Source: Candidatus Poribacteria bacterium
GTDB taxonomy: Bacteria; Poribacteria; WGA-4E; WGA-3G
DNA: 64,000 nt
Reading direction: 5' to 3'
Assembly: GCA_965242965.1 (NCBI GenBank)
Contig: OZ251518.1
Location: 1,696,001-1,760,000 of the forward strand
Shown here one piece after another: positions 1 through 9,082 of the stretch; position 1 is the first letter of the stretch, and each line of letters opens with the position of its first letter. The notes under the pieces are model-generated. The model saw nothing but the letters and a program-made list of their open reading frames with translations. It ran no database searches and was not told where the DNA came from. The translations under genes and the position numbers were made by a program.

Positions 1-1381
1 GGCGTTTGCCGAGCAACCTGCCGGTAGGATGCCCGATAATATGGACGAAGGGGTTCTCAATTGCGCGAACGATGCGCCGCGTCATTCGCTCCTCCGAAAG
101 CGTGAAGTGACTGTGAACGCTGGCCACGACGATATCCAGTTTCTCCAAAATCGCCTCCGGAAAATCGAGGTATCCATATTCACGGATATCCACCTCAGAA
201 CCTGCAAGCACCGCGATGCCTTCGATTTCCGCATCCAGTTCGCGAATCTGCTCAATCTGGTGCAACAACCGCCCCCTATCTAATCCGTTGGCGATGGAGG
301 AGGAGACAGAATGATCGGTGATGGCGATGTATTCAAACCCCGCCGCTTTCGCCGCTTCTATCATGTCTCGGAGGGTGTTTCTGCCGTCACTCCAGTCGGT
401 GTGCGCGTGAAGATCACCGCGTAAATCGCTGAATGCCACGAGGCGCGGTAAGGTGCCTTCCGCCGCCGCGGTAATCGATTCTGCACCGCCTCGGAGTTCC
501 GGTGGAATGTAGGACAAACCCATTTTTTCATAGATGGATTCCTCTGTATCGGCGGTAGGCGGATATGGCAACGTCTGGAGCGCGGTGAGATGTTCCTCGG
601 TGGCGGTGGTGCGAAAGCGCGTCGCCTCGTATTCGGCAGCGGTGCAGAGATGGAGCGTTCCCAAAAAATCGCGTTCAACGCGGAAATGGATTTGGTTGGC
701 ATCCTCGTCCGAAACCGAAGCGTTTTCTCCAAGGCGTGTCAATAGCGATTGTCGGACAGTCCCGATTTCTCCATCGGCTTGGACAACGCAATCGAGGCCG
801 CGGCAAATCTCTTCGCGACGGCGCAGCCCTCCGGTGAATTCGTGGCGTTGGATGCCAGCGTTTTTGAGCATATCTGCAACCCGTTCCGCCATTTTGAGTG
901 CCTCCCGCAGCGGGCGCGTCCCCTGTTGTTCTGCGTGAAACTTCAGGCTTTCGGCAATGAGTTTCAGGGTTCTCTTGCCAATACCCTTCATTCTTCGGAG
1001 TTGTCCGCTTTCCAGTGCTTCCCCGAGGTCAGCGAGATTTCGGATGCCGAGTTCGTAATAGAATCTGCCGGCGGTTTTCACGCCGATGCCGCGGATTTTC
1101 AACAAATCCAACACTTCTTTCCCCATTTCGGCGGTGAGTTCATCGTAGACTTTGCAGCGTCCGGTTTCAATCATTTCTACCGTTTTGTCTTCAATGGCTT
1201 TGCCGATGCCGGGGCGGGCGCGGAATTCTGCCAGTGTGTGCATCTCAGCGAGTTCACGGGGTAAACTGTCGATGATATCGGCGGCGCGTTCGTAAATGCG
1301 CGCGCGGAATGCATCGTCACCGCGGATTTGCAAAAGTGTGCCGATGGCTCTGAAGATGGCACTGATGTCACTATTTTTCAT
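1..1381 (-). CDS. polX: DNA polymerase X family / PHP-domain protein (3' end runs off the window)
   Basis: Translated by hand from ATG at 1381 (RBS GGAG 1387-1390): MKNSDISAIFRAIGTLLQIRGDDAFRARIYERAA. PHP motifs DLHAHTDWSDG and YIAITDHS. Absent from the ORF track because it has no stop in the window. Confidence 0.9.
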   Translation of the reverse strand, partial: MKNSDISAIFRAIGTLLQIRGDDAFRARIYERAADIIDSLPRELAEMHTLAEFRARPGIGKAIEDKTVEMIETGRCKVYDELTAEMGKEVLDLLKIRGIGVKTAGRFYYELGIRNLADLGEALESGQLRRMKGIGKRTLKLIAESLKFHAEQQGTRPLREALKMAERVADMLKNAGIQRHEFTGGLRRREEICRGLDCVVQADGEIGTVRQSLLTRLGENASVSDEDANQIHFRVERDFLGTLHLCTAAEYEATRFRTTATEEHLTALQTLPYPPTADTEESIYEKMGLSYIPPELRGGAESITAAAEGTLPRLVAFSDLRGDLHAHTDWSDGRNTLRDMIEAAKAAGFEYIAITDHSVSSSIANGLDRGRLLHQIEQIRELDAEIEGIAVLAGSEVDIREYGYLDFPEAILEKLDIVVASVHSHFTLSEERMTRRIVRAIENPFVHIIGHPTGRLLGKR

Positions 1382-1399
1382 TTTTTCTCCTAATAAAGC

Positions 1400-1679
1400 G
1401 AGGGTGTTTCCTAAATCGCTCAACGTCGCGGGGGACAGGCCCCCGCGCTACGGTGAAAAAAACGCCTCTCCTTCACGTAGGGCGAGGGCCCTCGGATGCC
1501 ACACGCGCATCCGAGCGGGTTCCCCTCGCCATGCGTTTGGCTGGCAGACTGCATCACCTTTGTAGGTCAGGATCGCCTGATCCTGACCCGTTCGGGAGCA
1601 GGTGCTCCCGAACTACAGAGGCGGGCATCGCTCGTATTGAGACCGGGAGGGCGCGCCAACGGAGTTATGAAATACCCTC
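1400..1679. mobile_element. MITE-like element copy 1 carrying GTAG hairpin cargo
   Basis: Ends GAGGGTGTTTCCTAA and TTATGAAATACCCTC; flanks AATAAAGC (1392-1399) and AATAAAGT (1680-1687). Confidence 0.8.
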
Positions 1680-1685
1680 AATAAA

Positions 1686-1745
1686 GTAGGGGAGCCATCC
1701 CTGTCTCGGTTTTCAACATGTCGGGACAAGGATGTCCCTCCTACC
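1686..1745. repeat. Inverted pair of GTAG hairpins (GTAGGAGGGACATCCTTGTCCCGA family)
   Basis: GTAGGGGAGCCATCCCTGTCTCGG...TCGGGACAAGGATGTCCCTCCTAC. Confidence 0.65.
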
Positions 1746-1767
1746 GAAGAGGAGGTTGCGCGCCTAT

Positions 1768-2646
1768 TTATCGACGTGTTAATTTTCGGTGTGCGAAAAG
1801 CCCGGCAATGATGCCCACTGTTATGCCACCCACAACGATGGCAATAGGTTGATAAATGGGTAGAAAATGCATCGCGCCGAGTTGATATTTGAACATAAGA
1901 AACAAGCCGTAAAAAATGCCGAGTCCACCCCCCGTTCCGAGCGCGCCAAGGAAAATCCCATGCGTAAGTAACGGCAAGAGGTGATACCTAGGGAACGCGC
2001 CGAGGAGCTCCATGAGCGCGAGTTCCTCGTGACGCGCAGTCATCGTCTTGCCAACGGTGTAACGGATAATCAACCAGCAGACAGCGACAGCGATGGCGAT
2101 GCCTGCGAACGTTATCCGCTCCGCCTCGCGCAACAAATCGTTCAACACGCCTTGTCCCTTCAGCATGACATCCTCAATCTCGTCATACGCTTTAATCTCC
2201 AAAGCGATTTTTTCTAAGTCGTGCTGCGATAAAATTCCTTCGTCAATGTAAATTTCAAGGGAGGCTTGAAAAGGGATGACACCGGGAAAAGCCTCTTTAA
2301 TGAGTTTGCCTAACGCCTTAAATTCAGTTTCGCCGCGCGCCAATTCTTCCGCCTTGGAGACGTAATGCACAGCGATAATGCGATTGTCCTTCTCAATTTG
2401 GCTGACAAACGCGCGTCCTTTCGGTTCGTTTACGGTATCCTTGAGAAATGCGACGAGTGTTGGCTCGTCTTGGGCTAATGCCAGCTGCCGTGCGATGAAA
2501 GTGTGGTTGAGCAATAAGAGCGTGAGCAGCACTGTTGTCAACGCGATGCTGAGGAGACTCGTCACATTTGCGATGCCGGTGTGCCGGATATGAGAGAAGG
2601 CGTTTTCCAGATGATAGCGCATGTTTTGTCGTAGGTTGTTACGCAA
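1768..2646 (-). CDS. ftsX: FtsX-like ABC permease
   Basis: N-terminal TM, extracytoplasmic domain (YVSKAEEL), C-terminal TMs with ELALMELLGA; directly downstream of the ftsE-like gene. Start uncertain. Confidence 0.75.
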   Translation of the reverse strand: MRNNLRQNMRYHLENAFSHIRHTGIANVTSLLSIALTTVLLTLLLLNHTFIARQLALAQDEPTLVAFLKDTVNEPKGRAFVSQIEKDNRIIAVHYVSKAEELARGETEFKALGKLIKEAFPGVIPFQASLEIYIDEGILSQHDLEKIALEIKAYDEIEDVMLKGQGVLNDLLREAERITFAGIAIAVAVCWLIIRYTVGKTMTARHEELALMELLGAFPRYHLLPLLTHGIFLGALGTGGGLGIFYGLFLMFKYQLGAMHFLPIYQPIAIVVGGITVGIIAGLFAHRKLTRR

Positions 2647-2680
2647 GGCACAACAGAAGAAATGCTGAACCTATACAAAA

Positions 2681-3328
2681 TCAACGAATACTGCCGTCTC
2701 TCAGTTCAATGATTCGCTTATTGCATTTTTGCGCGAGCTGTTTGTCGTTCGTTGCGACGAAGATAGTCATGCCTTGGAAGTTCAGGGCATCCAAGAGTGT
2801 CATCATCTCAAGCGAGAGACGTGCGTCTAAATCCCCTGTCGGCGCATCGGCGAGCAGTAACAGCGGCCGGTTGATAACGGCGCGCGCGATAGCCAGCCGC
2901 TGCCGTTCGTTACCGGATATGTCTGCAGGACGCGCGTCTTTGTGGTGTGCAAGCCCCATCTGATGGAGGAGTTTGTTGACATTTTCTCGCAGCGTCGCCG
3001 GCTTCGCGCCTATCAGTTTCTGCGGAAGGGCCAGATTTTGCTGAACGGTTTTGTGCGGCACAAACTTGAAGTCCTGAAAAACAAGCCCGATTTTCTGACG
3101 AAAATACGGAAGACTCAGCCGCGTCAATTCCGACAGTTGTTGCCCGAGAACGCTCATGTCACCGGACATCGGCATCAAATCTCGATATAACAGCCGGAGT
3201 AACGTTGTCTTCCCGGCACCACTCGGGCCGACGAGAAAGGCGAACTCGCCGCGTTCTACGCGAAAACTCACCTTCTCAAGCACACTGAGCTCACCATAAC
3301 TGAAACTGACTTGGTGGACTTGAATCAT
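2681..3328 (-). CDS. ftsE: FtsE-like ABC ATP-binding protein with degenerate catalytic motifs
   Basis: Walker A GPSGAGKTT, IGLVFQDFK, LPYFRQKIG typical of FtsE. Confidence 0.8.
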   Translation of the reverse strand: MIQVHQVSFSYGELSVLEKVSFRVERGEFAFLVGPSGAGKTTLLRLLYRDLMPMSGDMSVLGQQLSELTRLSLPYFRQKIGLVFQDFKFVPHKTVQQNLALPQKLIGAKPATLRENVNKLLHQMGLAHHKDARPADISGNERQRLAIARAVINRPLLLLADAPTGDLDARLSLEMMTLLDALNFQGMTIFVATNDKQLAQKCNKRIIELRDGSIR

Positions 3329-3362
3329 TTTCCCTCTGGCATTACGCAGAATGTTTCAGGCA

Positions 3363-3386
3363 AGCGCGGTTTCAAACCGCGCCTAC
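3363..3386 (-). repeat. Single GTAG hairpin GTAGGCGCGGTTTGAAACCGCG
   Basis: Related copies near 20930-20953, 27530-27550 and 49431-49447. Confidence 0.65.
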
Positions 3387-3410
3387 CGGAGCGGTGTTGC
3401 ATGCCTGCTC

Positions 3411-5705
3411 CTATTCGTTGGTATAGCCACACTCTTTTGAGTTGCAGGCGATGTGCGTCGTCACCTCTTGGCTCCCCCTCACCTTTCGAGTTTTCTCAAG
3501 GAGAAACGGCGCGCCGCAGTCAGGACAGGGATTCGGCACCGGTTTATCCCACGTCGAAAATTCGCACTTGGGATAGTTGCTGCAGCCGTAGAAGATTTTG
3601 CCACGGCGCGTGCGGCGTTCACCGAGGTAGCCGTCGCAGTCTTTCTCCGGGCAATCGATGCCCATCGGGAGCGGCTTCGCGTTTTTGCACTTCGGATACC
3701 CGCTACACGATAAAAACTTGGCACCCGCGCGGCTCATTTTGATTACCATCGGTGCCCCGCACTTTTCGCACTTCCTATCGGTGGGTTCCGGTTCGGCGGA
3801 CACGATATCATCGCCGTTCAAACGTTTGATGTTCTGGCATTCCGGATAGTTTGCACAGCCGAGGAACCGTCCGTAACGTCCCCACTTGACAATCATCTTG
3901 CCGCCGCACTTCTCGCACGTCTCCTCCGACTCAGTCTCCATCGCCTTGCGCGCCTCATACATTTTATCGGGTGCTTCTTTCAGTGCGGTTTGGAACGGCG
4001 GATAGAACTCGCTTAACGTCCGCACCCATTCCACCTTGCCATCAGCAACGGTATCCAATTGCTCCTCCATCTTCGCCGTGAATTCCACATCAACGATGTT
4101 CGGAAAGCCGTGGATGAGGAGTTGATTGACAAGTCTTCCGATGTCTGTCGGTAGCAAGCGTCCCCTGTCCTTCTCCGCATAGCCTCTGTCTTGGATAGTA
4201 GAGAGGATTGTCGCGTAGGTGCTTGGGCGGCCGATTTCCTTCGCCTCTAACGCCTTGACGAGCGTGGCCTCGTTGTAACGGGGCGGCGGTTGCGTGAAGT
4301 GTTGCTTCGGCTCCAATTTGTGAAGCGCAAGCCGTTCCCCCTCTTTAACAGCGGGCAGCGTGGTATCTTCCTCCGAATCGCTATCGCTGTCTGTCGGGAC
4401 ATCGTCTTGTCCCTCCATATAGATAGTGCGGAAACCCTTAAACTTGATAACGGAACCAGTCGCCCGGAAGAGATACTGCCCGGCTTTGATGTCAATAGTT
4501 GTTGCATCAAGCACAGCAGGTTTCATCTGGCACGCGATGAACCGCTTCCAGATGAGTTCGTAGAGGCGATATTGTTCATCGCTGAGATACGGCTCCACTT
4601 CTGCGGGTGTGCGCAACGGAACACTCGGCCGCACTGCTTCGTGCGCGTCTTGCGCGCCCTTTTTGCTCCGATACTGCACCGCGCGCGCCGGCAGATATTC
4701 CGCGCCGTAAGTGGTTTTGATGAACGCGCGCGCTGAGGTGAGCGCATCTTGTGCGAGGCGCGTGGAATCTGTGCGCATATAGGTGATGAGCCCTACCGAA
4801 CCTTCACTGCCGAGCTCCACCCCTTCATAGAGTTGCTGCGCGATGCGCATCGTCCTTTTCGCCGTAAATCGGAGTTTTCGGGATGCCTCCTGCTGCAAAC
4901 TACTCGTAATAAAGGGTGGCACAGGACGTTGTTTCCGCTCCTTTTTCACCACCTTTTCGACGATGTAGGTTTGCGTCTCTGCATCGGCGGCGAGTTCCTT
5001 CGCCCTGGCCTCATCAATGAGAAAGCCGTAGTTGTTAATCTGCCCCTTCTCTTTCCCGATGCGGTGCAGTTTGGCAAGGAAGCGCGAGCGCGACGACGGG
5101 CCCGCAGTTGGTGATAACGTCGCAGTGAGCGTCCAATATTCCTGTGGTTTGAACGCCTCGATTTCTGCTTCGCGCGTGCAGATGAGACGCACGGCAACAG
5201 ATTGCACCCGGCCGGCACTCAACCCCGGTTTGACGCTCCGCCACAGAATAGGGCTAATCTGGTATCCGACGAGTCTATCCAAGACACGCCGGGCTTGTTG
5301 TGCATCAACGAGTGCCATGTTAATCTGCCCTGGATGCTGAATCGCCTCCAAGATAGCACCTTTCGTAACCTCGTTATACACGATGCGATAGATAGGTTTC
5401 TTCGCCTTTTTGAGCTCCTCAGCGAGGTGCCAACAAATGGCTTCACCCTCCCGGTCCGGGTCCGCGGCGAGGTAGATGGTATCCACCTTCTTCGCTGATT
5501 CTGTCAGTGCCTTGATAACCTTTCCCTTGCCGCGGATGAGGACATACTTGGGGGCGAAGGCGTTCTCAATATCAACACCGAGCTCCTTTTTCGGCAAATC
5601 GCGGATATGCCCGACGGAGGATTCAACGAGGTAATCCCTACCCAGAATCTTTTTGATGGTTTTCGCTTTCGCCGGCGATTCCACAACGACGAGTGATTTC
5701 GGCAT
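3411..5705 (-). CDS. topA: DNA topoisomerase I
   Basis: LVVVESPAKAKTI, DPDREGEAI, SAGRVQS, LITYMRTDS active site, C-terminal C4 zinc ribbons. Confidence 0.98.
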   Translation of the reverse strand: MPKSLVVVESPAKAKTIKKILGRDYLVESSVGHIRDLPKKELGVDIENAFAPKYVLIRGKGKVIKALTESAKKVDTIYLAADPDREGEAICWHLAEELKKAKKPIYRIVYNEVTKGAILEAIQHPGQINMALVDAQQARRVLDRLVGYQISPILWRSVKPGLSAGRVQSVAVRLICTREAEIEAFKPQEYWTLTATLSPTAGPSSRSRFLAKLHRIGKEKGQINNYGFLIDEARAKELAADAETQTYIVEKVVKKERKQRPVPPFITSSLQQEASRKLRFTAKRTMRIAQQLYEGVELGSEGSVGLITYMRTDSTRLAQDALTSARAFIKTTYGAEYLPARAVQYRSKKGAQDAHEAVRPSVPLRTPAEVEPYLSDEQYRLYELIWKRFIACQMKPAVLDATTIDIKAGQYLFRATGSVIKFKGFRTIYMEGQDDVPTDSDSDSEEDTTLPAVKEGERLALHKLEPKQHFTQPPPRYNEATLVKALEAKEIGRPSTYATILSTIQDRGYAEKDRGRLLPTDIGRLVNQLLIHGFPNIVDVEFTAKMEEQLDTVADGKVEWVRTLSEFYPPFQTALKEAPDKMYEARKAMETESEETCEKCGGKMIVKWGRYGRFLGCANYPECQNIKRLNGDDIVSAEPEPTDRKCEKCGAPMVIKMSRAGAKFLSCSGYPKCKNAKPLPMGIDCPEKDCDGYLGERRTRRGKIFYGCSNYPKCEFSTWDKPVPNPCPDCGAPFLLEKTRKVRGSQEVTTHIACNSKECGYTNE

Positions 5706-5769
5706 GTTCTATTCCTATTTTGCTTTTTTGAAATATTAACGCTTATTTTTCATTAAAGACTACAAAAAA

Positions 5770-6543
5770 TCAGCCCGCGAATTCAATCAAATCTGTCACC
5801 ATGTGCCGCATTTCCGCGCGATGAACGATGGCATCGATGAATCCGTGTTCCAATAACGACTCGGCTTTCTGAAAGTCTTCGGGAAGTTCTTCGCGTAGAC
5901 TCGCGACGGCTAGCGGGCCTGCGAATCCAATGCGCGCACCGGGTTCGGCGATAATCACATCTCCGAGGGAGGTGTAACTCGCCGTCGCGCCGCCAAACGT
6001 CGGATCGGTGACGACAGAGATGTAAAAAACCCCCTCTTTGGCGTATGTCGCACACGCAGCCGCTGTCTTCGCCATTTGCATCAATGCCAGCGTGCCTTCC
6101 TGCATCCGCATCCCGCCGCTCACGGAGACAATCACCAGCGGCAGCCTGTTTTCAAGGGCACGTTCGATGCATCGCGTCACCTTTTCGCCGATGACAGAAC
6201 CGCACGTTCCGCCGATAAACCCGACATCCCCGATGGCAATGGCAGTCGGATATCCGCCGATAGTGGCGATACCGGAGAGCATCTCAGACCTGAGCCCTGT
6301 TTTCGCAATGTCTCGCGCTAGTTTTTGCGGATATTCCGGGAATTCCAACGAATCAATGGAATATAAATCCGCGTCGTGTTCCTTAAAACTGCCCGCGTCA
6401 ATGAGGAGCTCAAGCCGTTCGTGAGCCGTCAGATAGTGGTGATGTCCGCAGTTATCGCACACTTTCAGATTTTTAACGAATGTTTCCGCATCGTTCTCCG
6501 CGTTGCAATTTCTGCAGACAACTGTTTTGATAGGTTCGCGCAT
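5770..6543 (-). CDS. accD: Acetyl-CoA carboxylase carboxyltransferase beta subunit
   Basis: CxxC..CxxC zinc finger, GSVIGEKVTR, SGGMRMQEG, QMAKT, IGFAGP. Confidence 0.95.
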   Translation of the reverse strand: MREPIKTVVCRNCNAENDAETFVKNLKVCDNCGHHHYLTAHERLELLIDAGSFKEHDADLYSIDSLEFPEYPQKLARDIAKTGLRSEMLSGIATIGGYPTAIAIGDVGFIGGTCGSVIGEKVTRCIERALENRLPLVIVSVSGGMRMQEGTLALMQMAKTAAACATYAKEGVFYISVVTDPTFGGATASYTSLGDVIIAEPGARIGFAGPLAVASLREELPEDFQKAESLLEHGFIDAIVHRAEMRHMVTDLIEFAG

Positions 6544-6561
6544 ATTTTTATCAATTATACT

Positions 6562-6796
6562 GAGGGTGTTTCATATATCAATACCTTACGATAAAAAACG
6601 CTATCCCTTACCGTAGGGCGAGGGCCTGTCCCTCGCCAGCGTCCGCGCGCCAGGCCTGTAAGTCAAGATCGCCTAATCTTGACCCGTTTGTGATCAGGCG
6701 ATCACAAACTACAGACAGGGAAACACACATCAGGACGATGGACAACGCGGGGACAGACCCCCGCCCTACGGGAAAATCGAGATATGAAACACCCTC
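6562..6796. mobile_element. MITE-like element copy 2
   Basis: Perfect TIR GAGGGTGTTTCATAT/ATATGAAACACCCTC; exact 9-bp duplication AATTATACT (6553-6561, 6797-6805). Confidence 0.9.
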
Positions 6797-6797
6797 A

Positions 6798-6827
6798 ATT
6801 ATACTCTTCGGTGTGAGAATTTGTCAA
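6798..6827 (-). promoter_or_regulatory. Sigma70-like promoter for accD-topA
   Basis: TTGACA-18-TATAAT on the minus strand. Confidence 0.7.
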
Positions 6828-6865
6828 GCAAATTAGTTTTTCCCTTCTGTCGTTTGCAATTGCCG

Positions 6866-6960
6866 GAAGGTTCGGAAACTCTTGTCCTACAAGGCGGGGC
6901 ACGCCTCTGTAGTTCGGGAGCGCCTGCTCCCGAAACGGGCATAGGAGCTCTTGTCCTACA
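6866..6960. repeat. Degenerate GTAG hairpin doublet
   Basis: CTGTAGTTCGGGAGCGCCTGCTCCCGAA flanked by CTCTTGTCCTACA remnants. Confidence 0.6.
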
Positions 6961-7033
6961 GGACGGAACACATTGGTAGAGTTTAGATGATAAGGGCGGA
7001 TAGAAACATCCGCCCTGACAACTTCTGAACCGT

Positions 7034-7807
7034 TTACCGGGACGTTTTGATGCGGCCCCAGGTAGTTGAGAGTTTACCTCTCGGGTCAACAGCGAGAGCC
7101 TCTTTCGCACCTTGTTCCATGAAGGTGTTAATATCATCTTCGCTGAGGGCGCGGTTCCAAAGGCGCACCTCATCAATAATGCCGGCGAAGATATAGTTCT
7201 CGCGTTCGCAATCCTGTCCGATGCGCCACGGGTCTTCGTTAGCACCGAGTTTTCCCGGCACCGCATCATCGACCACGGCATCGCCATCAATATAGATGAC
7301 TCCCTCTTTACCATCGTTGGTAAAAGCGACATGCACCCACTTTTCGGTATCCGGCAAATCGGTGGCGATGTCGGCGCGGCCGCCTTCGGTTTCAAAACGG
7401 AGTTTGAAAGTGCCGGCTTCGCTGAAAAGCCCGTATTGCACGCGGCCGCCGCATCCGCCGTGGACAGATTTGCCGACAATTTGGCGCGTGCCGTTCCAAT
7501 GTTCGGCGTTAATCCACGCCATGAACGTGCATTCGTCGACGTTCAGTTTCGGGGTGCTTTCAACGGTAACGAACGTGCCGCTGCCCTCACCGCCGAATTC
7601 AAGTGCCTTTTCAAACTTGCCGTCCACCCAGACAGGGCTCTCGATTTCGCCATCGTGCCCGTTGCCGCTAAGGTCTTCGGCGACAGCACCTTTGCCTTCA
7701 TCGTAGGCGTGGTAGAGGACAAGCCCGTCCGTAAATTCCTCCGCCGTTGTGAACGGAGACATCGCCAGAAATAGCGCGATGCAAACACAGATAACCAGTT
7801 TCATCAT
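7034..7807 (-). CDS. Secreted LamG/concanavalin-like jellyroll protein
   Basis: Signal peptide MMKLVICVCIALFLA, WVHVAFT, FAGIIDEVRLWNRALS, C-terminal AVDPRGKLSTTWGRIK; RBS GGAGGA. Confidence 0.9.
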   Translation of the reverse strand: MMKLVICVCIALFLAMSPFTTAEEFTDGLVLYHAYDEGKGAVAEDLSGNGHDGEIESPVWVDGKFEKALEFGGEGSGTFVTVESTPKLNVDECTFMAWINAEHWNGTRQIVGKSVHGGCGGRVQYGLFSEAGTFKLRFETEGGRADIATDLPDTEKWVHVAFTNDGKEGVIYIDGDAVVDDAVPGKLGANEDPWRIGQDCERENYIFAGIIDEVRLWNRALSEDDINTFMEQGAKEALAVDPRGKLSTTWGRIKTSR

Positions 7808-7841
7808 GAGAATTTCCTCCTTATGAGTTAAAGATGAGAAA

Positions 7842-7870
7842 ATTCTATCACTTTTCGTAAAATCTGTCAA
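7842..7870 (-). promoter_or_regulatory. Sigma70-like promoter for the LamG gene
   Basis: TTGACA-17-TAGAAT with TG extension. Confidence 0.65.
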
Positions 7871-7888
7871 GCGGAAATTTTGTCCAGA

Positions 7889-8443
7889 TTAACGAACTTC
7901 TGATGAATCGGTTCTGAGTTTATCCTTAAAATCCTTTGTGAACTTCCGCATTTTCGGATGAATCACAAACTGGCAATACGGCTGATAGGGATTGTTCAGG
8001 AAATAGTTGTGGTGGTAATCCTCCGCCGGATAGAAGGTTGCCGCCGCCGTTATCTCGGTGACGATGGGCGCGTCCCAGGTATCGGAGTTATCCATTTCGC
8101 TCTTGGACTGCTCGGCGATGTGCCGTTGTGCCTCATCGTGGTAGAAAATCGCTGAGCGATACTGCGTCCCGTGGTCTGCCCCTTGCTGGTTTAATGTCGT
8201 CGGATCATGTGTGTGCCAGAAAACGTCTAGCAATTCCGCGAAGGTGATAACACTCGGGCCGAAGCGGATCTGGACGACTTCCGCATGTCCTGTCATCCCC
8301 GTGCAAATCTCTTGATAAGTCGGGTTGTCGGTGGTGCCGCCGGTGTAGCCGGAGACAACTTCGTGAACGCCTTCTAGTTGCTGAAAAACTGCCTCAACGC
8401 ACCAAAAACAGCCTGCGCCAAAGGTTGCGGTTGCTAATTGCAT
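7889..8443 (-). CDS. msrA: Peptide-methionine (S)-S-oxide reductase
   Basis: GAGCFWCVE, GYTGG, TGHAEVV, QYRSAIF, AEDYH. Confidence 0.97.
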   Translation of the reverse strand: MQLATATFGAGCFWCVEAVFQQLEGVHEVVSGYTGGTTDNPTYQEICTGMTGHAEVVQIRFGPSVITFAELLDVFWHTHDPTTLNQQGADHGTQYRSAIFYHDEAQRHIAEQSKSEMDNSDTWDAPIVTEITAAATFYPAEDYHHNYFLNNPYQPYCQFVIHPKMRKFTKDFKDKLRTDSSEVR

Positions 8444-8535
8444 TTTTCTTTTTGCGGTTATCGCACGGTGGCGAATGCCGCGCCTCCTTGAATTTGGTTT
8501 GCAAAAATCAGGAAACTCTGGTATGCTATTTCAAA

Positions 8536-8565
8536 ATGATAACATGTCCAATAAAACAATGTCAA
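8536..8565 (-). promoter_or_regulatory. Sigma70-like promoter upstream of msrA (paralogous to 13594-13623)
   Basis: TTGACA-18-TATCAT with TG extension. Confidence 0.6.
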
Positions 8566-8587
8566 ATAAAATTGAAAATCAAAACCG

Positions 8588-9082
8588 TGTAGGAGAGACC
8601 TCCTGGTCTCGATTTCCCGGTAGGAGAGACCTCCTGGTCTTGATGCAATTTGTCCCTTGTCCCTCGCTACGGTGAAAAAACGATCCCCTCTCCGTAGGGC
8701 GAGGGCCTGTCCCTCGCCGTGCCCAGACCTTGGAAAAAACCGTAGTTCGGGTGCGCCTGCACTCGAACGGGTCAAGAGCGGGCGCTCTTGCCCTACAGAG
8801 TGGGGTGCCCCGTCTTACCGTAGGGCTTGGGCCCTCGCATGCCACACGCGCATGCGAGAGGGTTCCCCTCGCCGTGCCCAGACTCCTTGAATTTGGTTTG
8901 CAAAAATCAGGAAATTCTGGTATACTAGGGGAAATCGAGACCAGGAGGTCTCTCCTACCGCACCCTCTTGGTAGGAGGGACAGCCTTGTCCCGATTACGG
9001 TATTGCATCGAGACCAGGAGGTCTCTCCTACCGGGAAATCGAGACCAGGAGGTCTCTCCTACTGATTCTTATGAAATACCGA
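8588..9082. repeat. Mosaic GTAG hairpin array
   Basis: Several GTAGGAGAGACCTCCTGGTCTCG copies, GTAGGGCGAGGGCCTGTCCCTCGCC and doublet hairpins; ends in a TIR-like TTATGAAATACC. Confidence 0.9.

Noticed and set aside
749-1264. Plus-strand ORFs in 29-1264
   Set aside because: They are antisense shadows of the minus-strand polX gene.
5075-5120. Repeat-derived inserts in topA (SPTAGPSSRSR), the SelA-like gene (63465-63500) and the ATP-grasp fusion (36380-36445)
   Set aside because: The extra residues are plausible insertions but lack a convincing GTAG or stem match.
8458-8890. Many short ORFs with VARGPVPR, RGTGPRAT or ARDRPSPY peptides (also 19130-19828, 22488-23055, 28038-28848, 49504-50278)
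   Set aside because: They are translations of GC-rich palindromes on both strands, with no RBS or domain.
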